Assembly (NCBI GenBank): GCA_904501755.1 | Contig: CAJGBV010000004.1 | Location: 13,209 to 77,208, forward strand | Source: Clostridiaceae bacterium | GTDB lineage: Bacteria > Bacillota > Clostridia > Oscillospirales > Acutalibacteraceae | DNA: 64,000 nt | Reading direction: 5' to 3' | Shown: in pieces, positions 1 to 6,966 of the stretch | Position numbering within the stretch: position 1 is the first letter of the stretch | How the letters are laid out: each line of letters starts with the position of its first letter | The notes under the pieces: model-generated | Told to the model about the DNA's origin: nothing | The model's database searches: none | The model's input: only the letters and a program-made list of their open reading frames with translations | Position numbers and translations under genes: made by a program

Positions 1-984
1 AACTCTGCGAACCTCACTGAGTTTTATAAGTGATTCCTCTTTGCCCTCAATGGCGGCAACAAAGTTGCGGTAATAATCGTGAACATCACTTTGCGGACGC
101 TCAATCTCATAACAATCAAGGGTAAGCTCATCTCTGGGTGCCATTGTTTTGGTTATACCTGCCGCAGTCTGAACAGGAAGAACATCCTTTTCATTCCAAG
201 CGGTCATTTTAGCAACCTGAGCCTTTTCACGCCAATCGGTTATAAGAGCTGTTCCGCTTTCGCACTGCATATAAAAACGAGGCAGAGCAATAAAGTTATA
301 TGTACCAACCTCTACATAGCCGCGTTTTCCGGACTCGAAACGCATTGTCAGCTTAAAGCCGTCATCAACCTCTTTATTGGTTATATATGTATTTTCACAG
401 TATACTGTATCAATTTTTTCATCGCTAAAAATCTGAAGAAGCTGGTCAATAAGGTGAACGCCCCAGTCAAGTATCATTCCGCCGCCATGAGCCTTTTCAC
501 ATCTCCAGTCGGAAGGAATACCACGGGAACCGTGTACACGGGACTCAATATTAATTATTTCACCGATTTCACCGCTTTTGGCGATCTGCTTCATAGCAAG
601 GAAGTCGACGTCCCAACGTCTGTTCTGATGAACGCTGAACAGCTTGCCTGATTTTTCACCGGCAGCGATCATTTTATCAAGAGCAGTAACGCTCATTTCA
701 ACAGGCTTTTCACAAATAACGTTTTTACCTGCTTCCAGTGCCTTAACAACCCATTCAAGATGGTCGTCATTTGGAATAGCAATTACAACTATTTCCACAT
801 TCTCGTCAGCCAGTAAGGCTTCATTAGAATCATATACAAATATTCCGTTATCCTTAGCAGCATTTCTTCTTATTTCTCTAATATCATAAGTTCCTACAAG
901 GTTTACAACATCACTTTTCAGAATCTGAGTGCAATGCCAGGCGCCCTGTCCGCCGTAACCGATAACTGCAACATTCTTTTTCAT
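1..984 (-). CDS. Gfo/Idh/MocA family NAD(P)-dependent oxidoreductase (partial; the C-terminus lies beyond the left window edge)
   Basis: My own minus-strand translation from ATG 984-982 gives MKKNVAVIGYGGQGAWHCTQ...EKPVEMS..., with a Rossmann GxGxxG and an EKP motif. The frame stays open to position 1. It is absent from the ORF track because no stop codon is in the window. Plus-strand ORFs 79..651 and 644..889 are its antisense shadows. Confidence 0.85.
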   Translation of the reverse strand, partial: MKKNVAVIGYGGQGAWHCTQILKSDVVNLVGTYDIREIRRNAAKDNGIFVYDSNEALLADENVEIVVIAIPNDDHLEWVVKALEAGKNVICEKPVEMSVTALDKMIAAGEKSGKLFSVHQNRRWDVDFLAMKQIAKSGEIGEIINIESRVHGSRGIPSDWRCEKAHGGGMILDWGVHLIDQLLQIFSDEKIDTVYCENTYITNKEVDDGFKLTMRFESGKRGYVEVGTYNFIALPRFYMQCESGTALITDWREKAQVAKMTAWNEKDVLPVQTAAGITKTMAPRDELTLDCYEIERPQSDVHDYYRNFVAAIEGKEESLIKLSEVRRV

Positions 985-1068
985 TTTTATCACCTGAGAT
1001 TAACAATTTGGTTTACTACATTGTAACAGAAAGACTCCATTAAGTAAACCCTTTTTATCATTTTTTCT

Positions 1069-2007
1069 TTATTTTAGTGCTATTTTTAAGTTTTCTATAT
1101 TATTTTTCATAAGGCCAACATAGGTTTCGCCGCTTTCCCATTCTTCTCTGGTCACATTGTGACAGGAGTGAAGGAGTGCCTTATTTGCTGAGGTTTCACT
1201 ACAAAGCATATCAGCTATTTTGCCTGAAGAAAACTCGGTATAAAAAACAGTTGTGATATTTTTCTCTTTTATATGTTCAATAAGCTCTATAAGGGTATTC
1301 ACATCAGGTTCCGTCTGTTCAGCACAGCCCGGGAAAGCCGCATGATACTCAATTAAATATTCCTTTACAAGATATAAAAATGGAAATCTGTCACCAAACA
1401 CTATTTCCTTTTTATTACCTTGCTCTGTCACATTTCTCAACGACTCATCAAGAAGCGTAAGTTCCTTTTTCAAAGCATTAAAATTAGCGGTATAATATTC
1501 TTTGTTTTCCGGGTCTTTCTCACACAGTGCAGAAAAAACAGCCTGACTCATTTTAATTGCATTAAGCGGTGAAGTCCATATATGCTCGTCGTGTTCGTGA
1601 TTATGATTATGCTCAGAGCTATGGTGATGGTGTTCTTCACCACTGTGCGCCTCCAAAAGAGTAACCGTATCATTAAGAACTACCGTCGTTCTATTTGTGT
1701 TACTTGATGCCTCAATAAGACGCTGTGCCCAGTCCTCGCTCTCTCCACCCAGAGAAATAAAAACATCACATTCCTCGGCTTTTTTCATATCGGTAGGCGT
1801 AGGCTCAAAGGTATGACTTTCACTACCGGGACGAATAAGCATAGAAACCTGTGCCTTATCCCCTGCAATAGCACGGGCAAAATCATAAGGAGGAAACACT
1901 GTAGCCACTATTTTCAATTTATCATTCTGCTTTTCTTTTTCATTGCATCCTGCAAGACAGGACAGTAAAAGAAAAACGCTAAGTAAAATACATATTATTC
2001 TTTTCAT
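1069..2007 (-). CDS. Metal (zinc-type) ABC transporter substrate-binding lipoprotein, ZnuA/AdcA-like
   Basis: The ORF track gives 312 aa. It has a signal peptide with lipobox LAGC and a His-rich loop HSGEEHHHHSSEHNHNHEHDEH typical of Zn-specific cluster A-I binding proteins. No permease or ATPase partner is adjacent. Confidence 0.8.
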   Translation of the reverse strand: MKRIICILLSVFLLLSCLAGCNEKEKQNDKLKIVATVFPPYDFARAIAGDKAQVSMLIRPGSESHTFEPTPTDMKKAEECDVFISLGGESEDWAQRLIEASSNTNRTTVVLNDTVTLLEAHSGEEHHHHSSEHNHNHEHDEHIWTSPLNAIKMSQAVFSALCEKDPENKEYYTANFNALKKELTLLDESLRNVTEQGNKKEIVFGDRFPFLYLVKEYLIEYHAAFPGCAEQTEPDVNTLIELIEHIKEKNITTVFYTEFSSGKIADMLCSETSANKALLHSCHNVTREEWESGETYVGLMKNNIENLKIALK

Positions 2008-2029
2008 TTTTTCTTCCTTTCATATATCT

Positions 2030-2057
2030 ATTTTATCTCAAAAGTCCATTTTGTCAA
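2030..2057 (-). promoter_or_regulatory. Putative sigma-A promoter of the zinc-binding lipoprotein gene
   Basis: The minus strand reads TTGACA (2057-2052), a 16-nt spacer, then TAAAAT (2035-2030). This lies 22 nt upstream of the ATG at 2007. Confidence 0.45.
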
Positions 2058-2133
2058 TAATAAAACCTTGACATCAATATATAATATATCTTATTATATT
2101 ATAGTATGTTTTGTAGAAGAATGGAGAAAAGTG

Positions 2134-3519
2134 ATGGAAGTTAGAAAAGAAAACAAAATGGGTACTATGCCCGTTGGCAAACTTCTTACAAATATGGCTA
2201 TCCCTATGATGATATCTATGCTTGTACAAGCCTTCTATAATGTTGTGGACAGTATTTTTGTATCAAAGTTAGGTGTTGAGGCACTGACCGCCGTTTCCCT
2301 TGCTTTCCCTCTGCAAAGCCTTATGATAGCCTTTGGTGCAGGTACCGCTGTTGGTATAAATGCACTTCTTTCAAGGTCCTTGGGTGAAAAGAATTACGAT
2401 GCCGTAAATGCTGCCGCTAACACAGGTATCTTTCTTTCCTTTTGCTCTTTCATTGTATTTTCACTTGTTGGAATTTTCTTCTCACGCACTTTTTTTGAGC
2501 TTCAGGACTTTTCTTCAAGTACCTATGACATAGCAAAGGTTATAGACTACGGAGTTGATTACAGTAGTATTTGCCTTGGTGCTTCTATAGGTATATTTAT
2601 GCAGTTTTGCTTTGAAAGACTCCTCCAATCAACAGGAAAAACCACGCTTTCTATGATTGCACAAATAGTCGGTGCTCTTACAAATATTGCATTTGACCCT
2701 ATTTTTATTTTCGGTATCGGTCCGTTCCCTGCAATGGGCGTAAAAGGAGCTGCGATAGCTACCATAATGGGTCAGATAATTGCCGCTATAGTAGCCTTGA
2801 TATTTAATATAACCAAAAACAAAGAGGTCACAATCAGCATAAAAGGAATTCTTACCCCGGATTTTAGGGCTGTTAAAACAATTTACAAGGTTGGTTTCCC
2901 CTCAATAGTTATGCAGTCAATCGGTTCTGTAATGACCTTCCTTTTAAATATGATTCTTGGCAGTCTTACTATGGTTGCTACTACGGTATTCGGTGTTTAC
3001 TTTAAGCTTCAGAGCTTTGTATTTATGCCTATTTTCGGACTTAACAACGGTATGGTACCTATTGTTGCTTACAACTATGGTGCAAAAAATGAAGAAAGAG
3101 TTAAAAAGACCGTAAAGCTTACTATAGCCTGTGCCGTTAGCATAATGCTTTTAGGTCTTTGCGCATTTCAGTTTTTCCCCAAATTCTTACTTTCTCTCTT
3201 TAATGCCGACGCTCAAATGATAGCATTGGGTGTTCCCGCTTTAAGAATTATTTGTCTGCACTTTGTCTTTGCAGGTTTTTGTATCATTGCAGGAAGTGTT
3301 TGTCAGGCAATAGGCAATCCTTTCCACAGTCTTATTGTGTCGGTTTGCCGTCAGCTTGTAGTGCTTATTCCGTCGGCATGGCTTTTATCCCTTACAGGTA
3401 ATGTTACGCTTGTGTGGCTTGCTTTCCCCATAGCAGAGGTTTTTTCCTTAACACTAAGTGCAATATTCCTGACAAAAACTATGAAAAAATCCACTGCGAT
3501 AATGAGGGGAACTAAATAA
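2134..3519 (+). CDS. MATE family efflux transporter
   Basis: The ORF track gives 2068..3519. I moved the start to ATG 2134, which has GGAG 7 nt upstream. The sequence is a polytopic MATE-like protein (PMMISMLVQAFYNVVDSIFVSKLG...). Confidence 0.85.
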   Translation: MEVRKENKMGTMPVGKLLTNMAIPMMISMLVQAFYNVVDSIFVSKLGVEALTAVSLAFPLQSLMIAFGAGTAVGINALLSRSLGEKNYDAVNAAANTGIFLSFCSFIVFSLVGIFFSRTFFELQDFSSSTYDIAKVIDYGVDYSSICLGASIGIFMQFCFERLLQSTGKTTLSMIAQIVGALTNIAFDPIFIFGIGPFPAMGVKGAAIATIMGQIIAAIVALIFNITKNKEVTISIKGILTPDFRAVKTIYKVGFPSIVMQSIGSVMTFLLNMILGSLTMVATTVFGVYFKLQSFVFMPIFGLNNGMVPIVAYNYGAKNEERVKKTVKLTIACAVSIMLLGLCAFQFFPKFLLSLFNADAQMIALGVPALRIICLHFVFAGFCIIAGSVCQAIGNPFHSLIVSVCRQLVVLIPSAWLLSLTGNVTLVWLAFPIAEVFSLTLSAIFLTKTMKKSTAIMRGTK

Positions 3520-3544
3520 ACAATGCGAATACTTTTTGTATGTC
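3518..3544. repeat. Left copy of a 27-nt direct repeat (AAACAATGCGAATACTTTTTGTATGTC)
   Basis: It matches 5008-5034 at 26 of 27 positions. It starts inside the MATE stop codon. Weaker similarity to the ptp 5' end continues for about 15 more nt. Confidence 0.9.
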
Positions 3545-3558
3545 ACGGGAGTATTTGA
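3523..3558 (+). pseudogene. Decayed duplicate of the ptp 5' end (11 codons then a stop)
   Basis: ATG 3523 opens MRILFVCHGSI*, which mirrors the true ptp N-terminus MRILFVCLGNICRS that starts at 5013. Confidence 0.75.
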
Positions 3559-3679
3559 ACATAGTCAAAAAGCACCTATCTATGCCACGTTATACCACGA
3601 TTTGCAAGTTGATTTGTAAATCGTACTACTTTTTTACTACTTTTGAAATTAAGTAAACAGCCTTGAATATGACACAAAT

Positions 3680-3715
3680 AAAAATGCTCACATCGATTAA
3701 GTGTGAGCATTTTTT
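3680..3715. terminator. Bidirectional intrinsic terminator downstream of the DUF4236 gene
   Basis: A hairpin ATGCTCACA / TGTGAGCAT (3684-3692 / 3702-3710) is flanked by an A-run on the left and TTTTT on the right. Confidence 0.7.
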
Positions 3716-3745
3716 ATGTAGCATATAAAACTATTTGTCTTGTGA

Positions 3746-4114
3746 TTAATTTTCTTGAGATTCTTGTACTTCATTTTCAACAACTGGAATCAAATGTTTG
3801 ATAGGTAAAACAAAGCAAAGTTTCACCATCCAATAGCACATTTGCCACATCAACCAAAATACACCATAAATCATCCACCAACAGAGTTTCAAAGGCCAAA
3901 CGATTAAAAGTGTAACACAACCAGAACCGCCAGATTTATCACTAACGTGAGAAATTCCAGTTCCAGGAATTGAAAAAGTAGTTCGTGTACCACCACCAGC
4001 TTTTTTTGTCACGCGAAAACCTTTTGTTCCCCAACTAAAACCCACACCTGATTTACTAAAAGTCGTTCTAAAACCGCCACCTAAATTAACGCTCTTTCTG
4101 AATCTAAATCCCAT
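3746..4114 (-). CDS. DUF4236 domain membrane protein
   Basis: The ORF track gives 3746..4165. I moved the start to ATG 4114, which has GGAGGG 6 nt upstream. The N-terminus is Gly/basic-rich (MGFRFRKSVNLGGGFRTTFSKSGVGFSWGTKGFRVTKK), characteristic of DUF4236. The C-terminus is a Trp-rich hydrophobic region. Confidence 0.7.
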   Translation of the reverse strand: MGFRFRKSVNLGGGFRTTFSKSGVGFSWGTKGFRVTKKAGGGTRTTFSIPGTGISHVSDKSGGSGCVTLLIVWPLKLCWWMIYGVFWLMWQMCYWMVKLCFVLPIKHLIPVVENEVQESQEN

Positions 4115-4132
4115 CGAAATCCCTCCATAATT

Positions 4133-4165
4133 AAAAAAGTGTGTGCAACGCGAAGTCGCACACAC
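4133..4165 (-). terminator. Strong intrinsic terminator immediately 5' of the DUF4236 ribosome-binding site
   Basis: The minus strand reads GUGUGUGCGAC-UUCGC-GUUGCACACAC followed by UUUUUU. That is an 11-bp stem with one G-U pair. Confidence 0.8.
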
Positions 4166-4305
4166 CGAAAAATGCTCGACCTCGATTTGCTACCACACAA
4201 AAAACTCTCACATTCAGAAATGGAAAGATTGAAGTCAGCACTTTTACCGAAGTAAAATATGCCCACTTCTGAATGCAATAATTCATTATAGAGTTTTAAG
4301 TGTGG
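4133..4305 (-). ncRNA. Unclassified 173-nt structured RNA (cis-regulatory leader or independent small RNA) upstream of the DUF4236 gene
   Basis: A promoter lies just upstream and a terminator sits at the 3' end. In a hand fold, 4305-4290 pairs with 4208-4193, 4275-4263 pairs with 4223-4211, and a UUCG tetraloop hairpin forms at 4257-4242. Confidence 0.55.
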
Positions 4306-4312
4306 TGAACAC

Positions 4313-4341
4313 ATTATATCATGAACTGCTTGAATTGTAAA
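4313..4341 (-). promoter_or_regulatory. Sigma-A promoter driving the structured RNA and DUF4236 gene
   Basis: The minus strand reads TTTACA (4341-4336), a 17-nt spacer, then TATAAT (4318-4313). Confidence 0.65.
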
Positions 4342-4462
4342 GGTAATTCGTGTGTGTTCTATATTGTTTTTATAAAACAAAAGCAATTTTGAGAGTGCAG
4401 GGGTATACCCTTGCCTTTAAAAATAAATATGTAAAATAATCGCAAATTAAAGAAACTATATA

Positions 4463-4491
4463 TTGAAAGTATAAATAAAAAATGGTATATT
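4463..4491 (+). promoter_or_regulatory. Sigma-A promoter upstream of the DUF559 gene
   Basis: TTGAAA (4463-4468), a 17-nt spacer ending in TGG, then TATATT (4486-4491). Confidence 0.6.
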
Positions 4492-4508
4492 AAATTGAAG
4501 CCGAAAAA

Positions 4509-4580
4509 CTTCGACTTGCTCTACCTCCATCTGACGAGGGAGGTGGATTTTTGCGAATCAAAAAGACGGAGGGAGAGAAT
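4509..4580. repeat. Left arm of an imperfect inverted repeat flanking the DUF559 ORF
   Basis: The reverse complement of 4565-4580 (ATTCTCTCCCTCCGTC) matches 4932-4947 at 15 of 16 positions. The reverse complement of 4525-4542 (CTCCCTCGTCAGATGGAG) matches 4962-4979 at 17 of 18 positions. Both arms end in CGAAG. Confidence 0.75.
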
Positions 4581-4588
4581 AATAAAAA

Positions 4589-5008
4589 ATGAAAGAATAT
4601 AACAAATCCAACATCCCTCTCGCCAAAACTTTAAGAAAAAATATGACACCATGGGAGAGAAAACTTTGGTATGAATTCTTAAGAAATTATCCAGTGCGAT
4701 TTCAAAGACAAAAAGCAATTGGAAATTATATAGTAGATTTTTACTGTGCTAAAGCAAGACTTGTTATTGAACTTGACGGCGGCGGTCATTATACTACTGA
4801 GCAAATAAACAAAGACACATTTCGCACAAAAGAGTTAGAGAGTATGAATTTATCCGTACTAAGAATTTGTAATTTAGATATTGACCATAATTTTTACGGT
4901 GTTTGTGAACATATAGATTTATCCGTCAAAAATTCTCTCCCTCAGTCAGCTTCGCTGACAGCTCCCTCGTCAGAAGGAGCCGAAGATACATCAACTCAAA
5001 AGGAGTAA
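4589..5008 (+). CDS. DUF559 endonuclease-domain protein (Vsr-like / PD-(D/E)xK fold)
   Basis: The ORF track gives 139 aa. Motifs LRKNMTPWERKLWYEL..., FQRQKAIGNYIVDFYC and LVIELDGGGH are typical of DUF559. The low-complexity tail LPQSASLTAPSSEGA is encoded by the right repeat arm. Confidence 0.8.
   Translation: MKEYNKSNIPLAKTLRKNMTPWERKLWYEFLRNYPVRFQRQKAIGNYIVDFYCAKARLVIELDGGGHYTTEQINKDTFRTKELESMNLSVLRICNLDIDHNFYGVCEHIDLSVKNSLPQSASLTAPSSEGAEDTSTQKE
4932..4985. repeat. Right arm of the inverted repeat flanking the DUF559 ORF
   Basis: See the left arm at 4509-4580. This arm also contains local hairpins GTCAGC-TTC-GCTGAC and CTCC...GGAG. Confidence 0.75.
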
Positions 5009-5034
5009 AACAATGCGAATTCTTTTTGTATGTC
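5008..5034. repeat. Right copy of the 27-nt direct repeat (contains the real ptp start)
   Basis: AAACAATGCGAATTCTTTTTGTATGTC has one mismatch to 3518-3544. Confidence 0.9.
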
Positions 5035-5453
5035 TTGGAAATATCTGCCGTTCGGCAATGGCTGAATATATGTTTAAGGATTACTGCAAAAAAAACGGAA
5101 TTACCGATGTATACATCGCTTCTGCAGGTACCAGTGATGAGGAAGCGGGCAATCCTATTTATCCCCCTGCCAGAGCTGAGCTTTTAAAGCACGGTATTAG
5201 CGTAAACAACCACCGCGCAAGAAAAATAAAACCTACCGATTATGATGATTTTGACCTTATACTTTGTGCAGAAGAGTATCAGTGCCGACGCTGTAAAGCC
5301 TTTTTCGGCGGTGACAGTAAAAAAAAGATAAAGCGTATGCTTGATATAACCGACAATCCCGCTGACATAGCAGACCCTTGGTACAGCGGTGATTTCACCC
5401 TTACCTATAATCAGCTTACTTTAGTTTGCGAAAACCTTGCAAAAATGCTGTAA
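5013..5453 (+). CDS. Low-molecular-weight protein-tyrosine phosphatase
   Basis: It has the CX5R(S/T) P-loop CLGNICRS at the N-terminus and a DPWY acid-loop motif. Confidence 0.85.
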   Translation: MRILFVCLGNICRSAMAEYMFKDYCKKNGITDVYIASAGTSDEEAGNPIYPPARAELLKHGISVNNHRARKIKPTDYDDFDLILCAEEYQCRRCKAFFGGDSKKKIKRMLDITDNPADIADPWYSGDFTLTYNQLTLVCENLAKML

Positions 5454-5496
5454 AGGGTTTATACTATATCTATAAAGCTTGAATGGAGTTATAATA

Positions 5497-6966
5497 ATGA
5501 TTTATCAGAGTACAAGAAACAATAGTGAACAGGTAAACAGTGCGCAGGCTGTTGTAAAAGGAATTGCCGATGACGGCGGTCTTTATATGCTTAAGGACTT
5601 TTCTGAGCTTAATTTTGATTACAAGAGCGTATTAAACCTCACCTCAATGGAAACCGCTGAAAAGGTGCTTTCTGCTCTTCTTGACGATTTTTCAAAAGAG
5701 GATATGCACCGTATGGTAGAAGAGGCCTACAGAGGCAGATTTGAAACCGATGAGCTTACCCCACTGGTAAAGGTTGGGGACAATTTTGTACTTGAGCTTT
5801 TCAGAGGTCCTACCAGTGCTTTTAAAGATGTTGCTCTTTCTATGCTTCCCCGTCTTATGACTCAGGGCAGAAAATTGCTTGGCAAAGAAAAGGATACCGT
5901 TATCCTTACCGCTACCAGTGGTGATACAGGAAAGGCAGCCCTCGAAGGTTTCCACGATGTAGAGGGAATTAAAATAATCGTATTCTACCCCGATGGCGGC
6001 GTCAGCGCAGTACAGAAAGCACAAATGGTTACTCAGGAGGGAAACAATGTTTGTGTTTGTGCCGTGAAAGGTAATTTTGACGATGCTCAGACAGGTGTAA
6101 AAAACGCTTTTGCAGATTTTCGAAACAGCGGTATAGACTCTGTAGAGTTATCCAGTGCAAACTCCATAAATATCGGCAGACTTGCGCCTCAGGTTGTTTA
6201 TTACTTTACAGCCTATTCTTCCCTTGTTAAAAGCGGAGAAATAAAAGTGGGGGATAAAATAAACTTTGTTGTTCCTACAGGAAACTTTGGTGATATTCTT
6301 GCAGGATACTTTGCAAAATGTATGGGACTTCCCGTAAACAAGCTTATTTGTGCTTCCAATGCCAACAACATTCTCACCGATTTTATTACCACAGGTATTT
6401 ATGATAGAAGAAGAGATTTTTATAAAACCATATCTCCCTCTATGGACATTCTTGTTTCCAGTAACCTTGAGCGTCTTTTATATCTGCTTTCAGACGGCAA
6501 TGCAGATGAAGTTGCAGGTTATATGAAAGACCTTAACGAAAAGGGTATTTATAAAGTTAGCGATAAACTTCTTTCTCGTATTCAGGAAAGCTTCACTGCC
6601 GCTTACTGTGACGACGAAACCACTCTCAAAACTATAAAAGAGGTTTATGATAAGGAGAATTACCTTTGTGACACCCATACTGCCGTTGCAATGCGTGCCG
6701 CACTGGACAGTAATACAGAGGGTAAAACGGTAGTTCTTTCCACCGCTTCTCCCTATAAATTTCCTGTTGCTGTGCTTTCCGCCCTTGGCGAAAAGCCCGA
6801 TGACAATGAATTCAGAGTAATGGACAAAATCAATGAAATAACAGGTGTGGCTATTCCTAAAAATCTTTCGGGACTTGAAACCAAAAAGGTACTTCATACC
6901 GATGTAATTGAAAAGGATAAGCTTACCGAATATGTTCTTAAAAAGGTGGCGCAGAAAAAGTGGTAA
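5497..6966 (+). CDS. thrC: Threonine synthase
   Basis: The ORF track gives 5479..6966. I moved the start to ATG 5497 after GGAG. It has the PLP-lysine motif TSAFKD, a long-form ThrC architecture, and thrB follows it. Confidence 0.9.
   Translation: MIYQSTRNNSEQVNSAQAVVKGIADDGGLYMLKDFSELNFDYKSVLNLTSMETAEKVLSALLDDFSKEDMHRMVEEAYRGRFETDELTPLVKVGDNFVLELFRGPTSAFKDVALSMLPRLMTQGRKLLGKEKDTVILTATSGDTGKAALEGFHDVEGIKIIVFYPDGGVSAVQKAQMVTQEGNNVCVCAVKGNFDDAQTGVKNAFADFRNSGIDSVELSSANSINIGRLAPQVVYYFTAYSSLVKSGEIKVGDKINFVVPTGNFGDILAGYFAKCMGLPVNKLICASNANNILTDFITTGIYDRRRDFYKTISPSMDILVSSNLERLLYLLSDGNADEVAGYMKDLNEKGIYKVSDKLLSRIQESFTAAYCDDETTLKTIKEVYDKENYLCDTHTAVAMRAALDSNTEGKTVVLSTASPYKFPVAVLSALGEKPDDNEFRVMDKINEITGVAIPKNLSGLETKKVLHTDVIEKDKLTEYVLKKVAQKKW

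Larger units (their letters stand above)
4509..4985 (+). mobile_element. Candidate inverted-repeat-bounded DUF559 cassette
   Basis: Inverted repeats of about 55 to 70 nt enclose the whole DUF559 ORF. The left arm carries the Shine-Dalgarno sequence. The right arm encodes the C-terminal tail. Confidence 0.35.
3545..5007. mobile_element. Putative inserted accessory cassette with no recombinase (DUF4236 gene, structured RNA, DUF559 gene)
   Basis: It sits between the two 27-nt direct repeats and interrupts what looks like an ancestral MATE-stop/ptp-start junction. It carries its own promoters and terminators. Confidence 0.5.

Noticed and set aside
79-889. Plus-strand ORFs 79..651 and 644..889.
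   Set aside because: Their sequences are low-complexity and implausible. They lie antisense to a clean Gfo/Idh/MocA reading frame that runs from ATG 984 to the window edge. They are shadow ORFs.
1582-1647. A His-rich tract (HSGEEHHHHSSEHNHNHEHDEH) that could look like an engineered His tag.
   Set aside because: It is internal to the protein, interrupted by Glu, Ser and Asn, and sits where ZnuA/AdcA-type proteins carry their natural His-rich loop.
4081-4386. A 101-aa minus-strand ORF upstream of and overlapping the DUF4236 gene.
   Set aside because: It starts upstream of the predicted promoter. It runs straight through the structured RNA helices and the intrinsic terminator and overlaps the DUF4236 start by 34 nt. 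It has no Shine-Dalgarno sequence. A 51-codon frame starting at the minus-strand ATG at 4285-4283 also lacks a ribosome-binding site. I treat the region as non-coding RNA.
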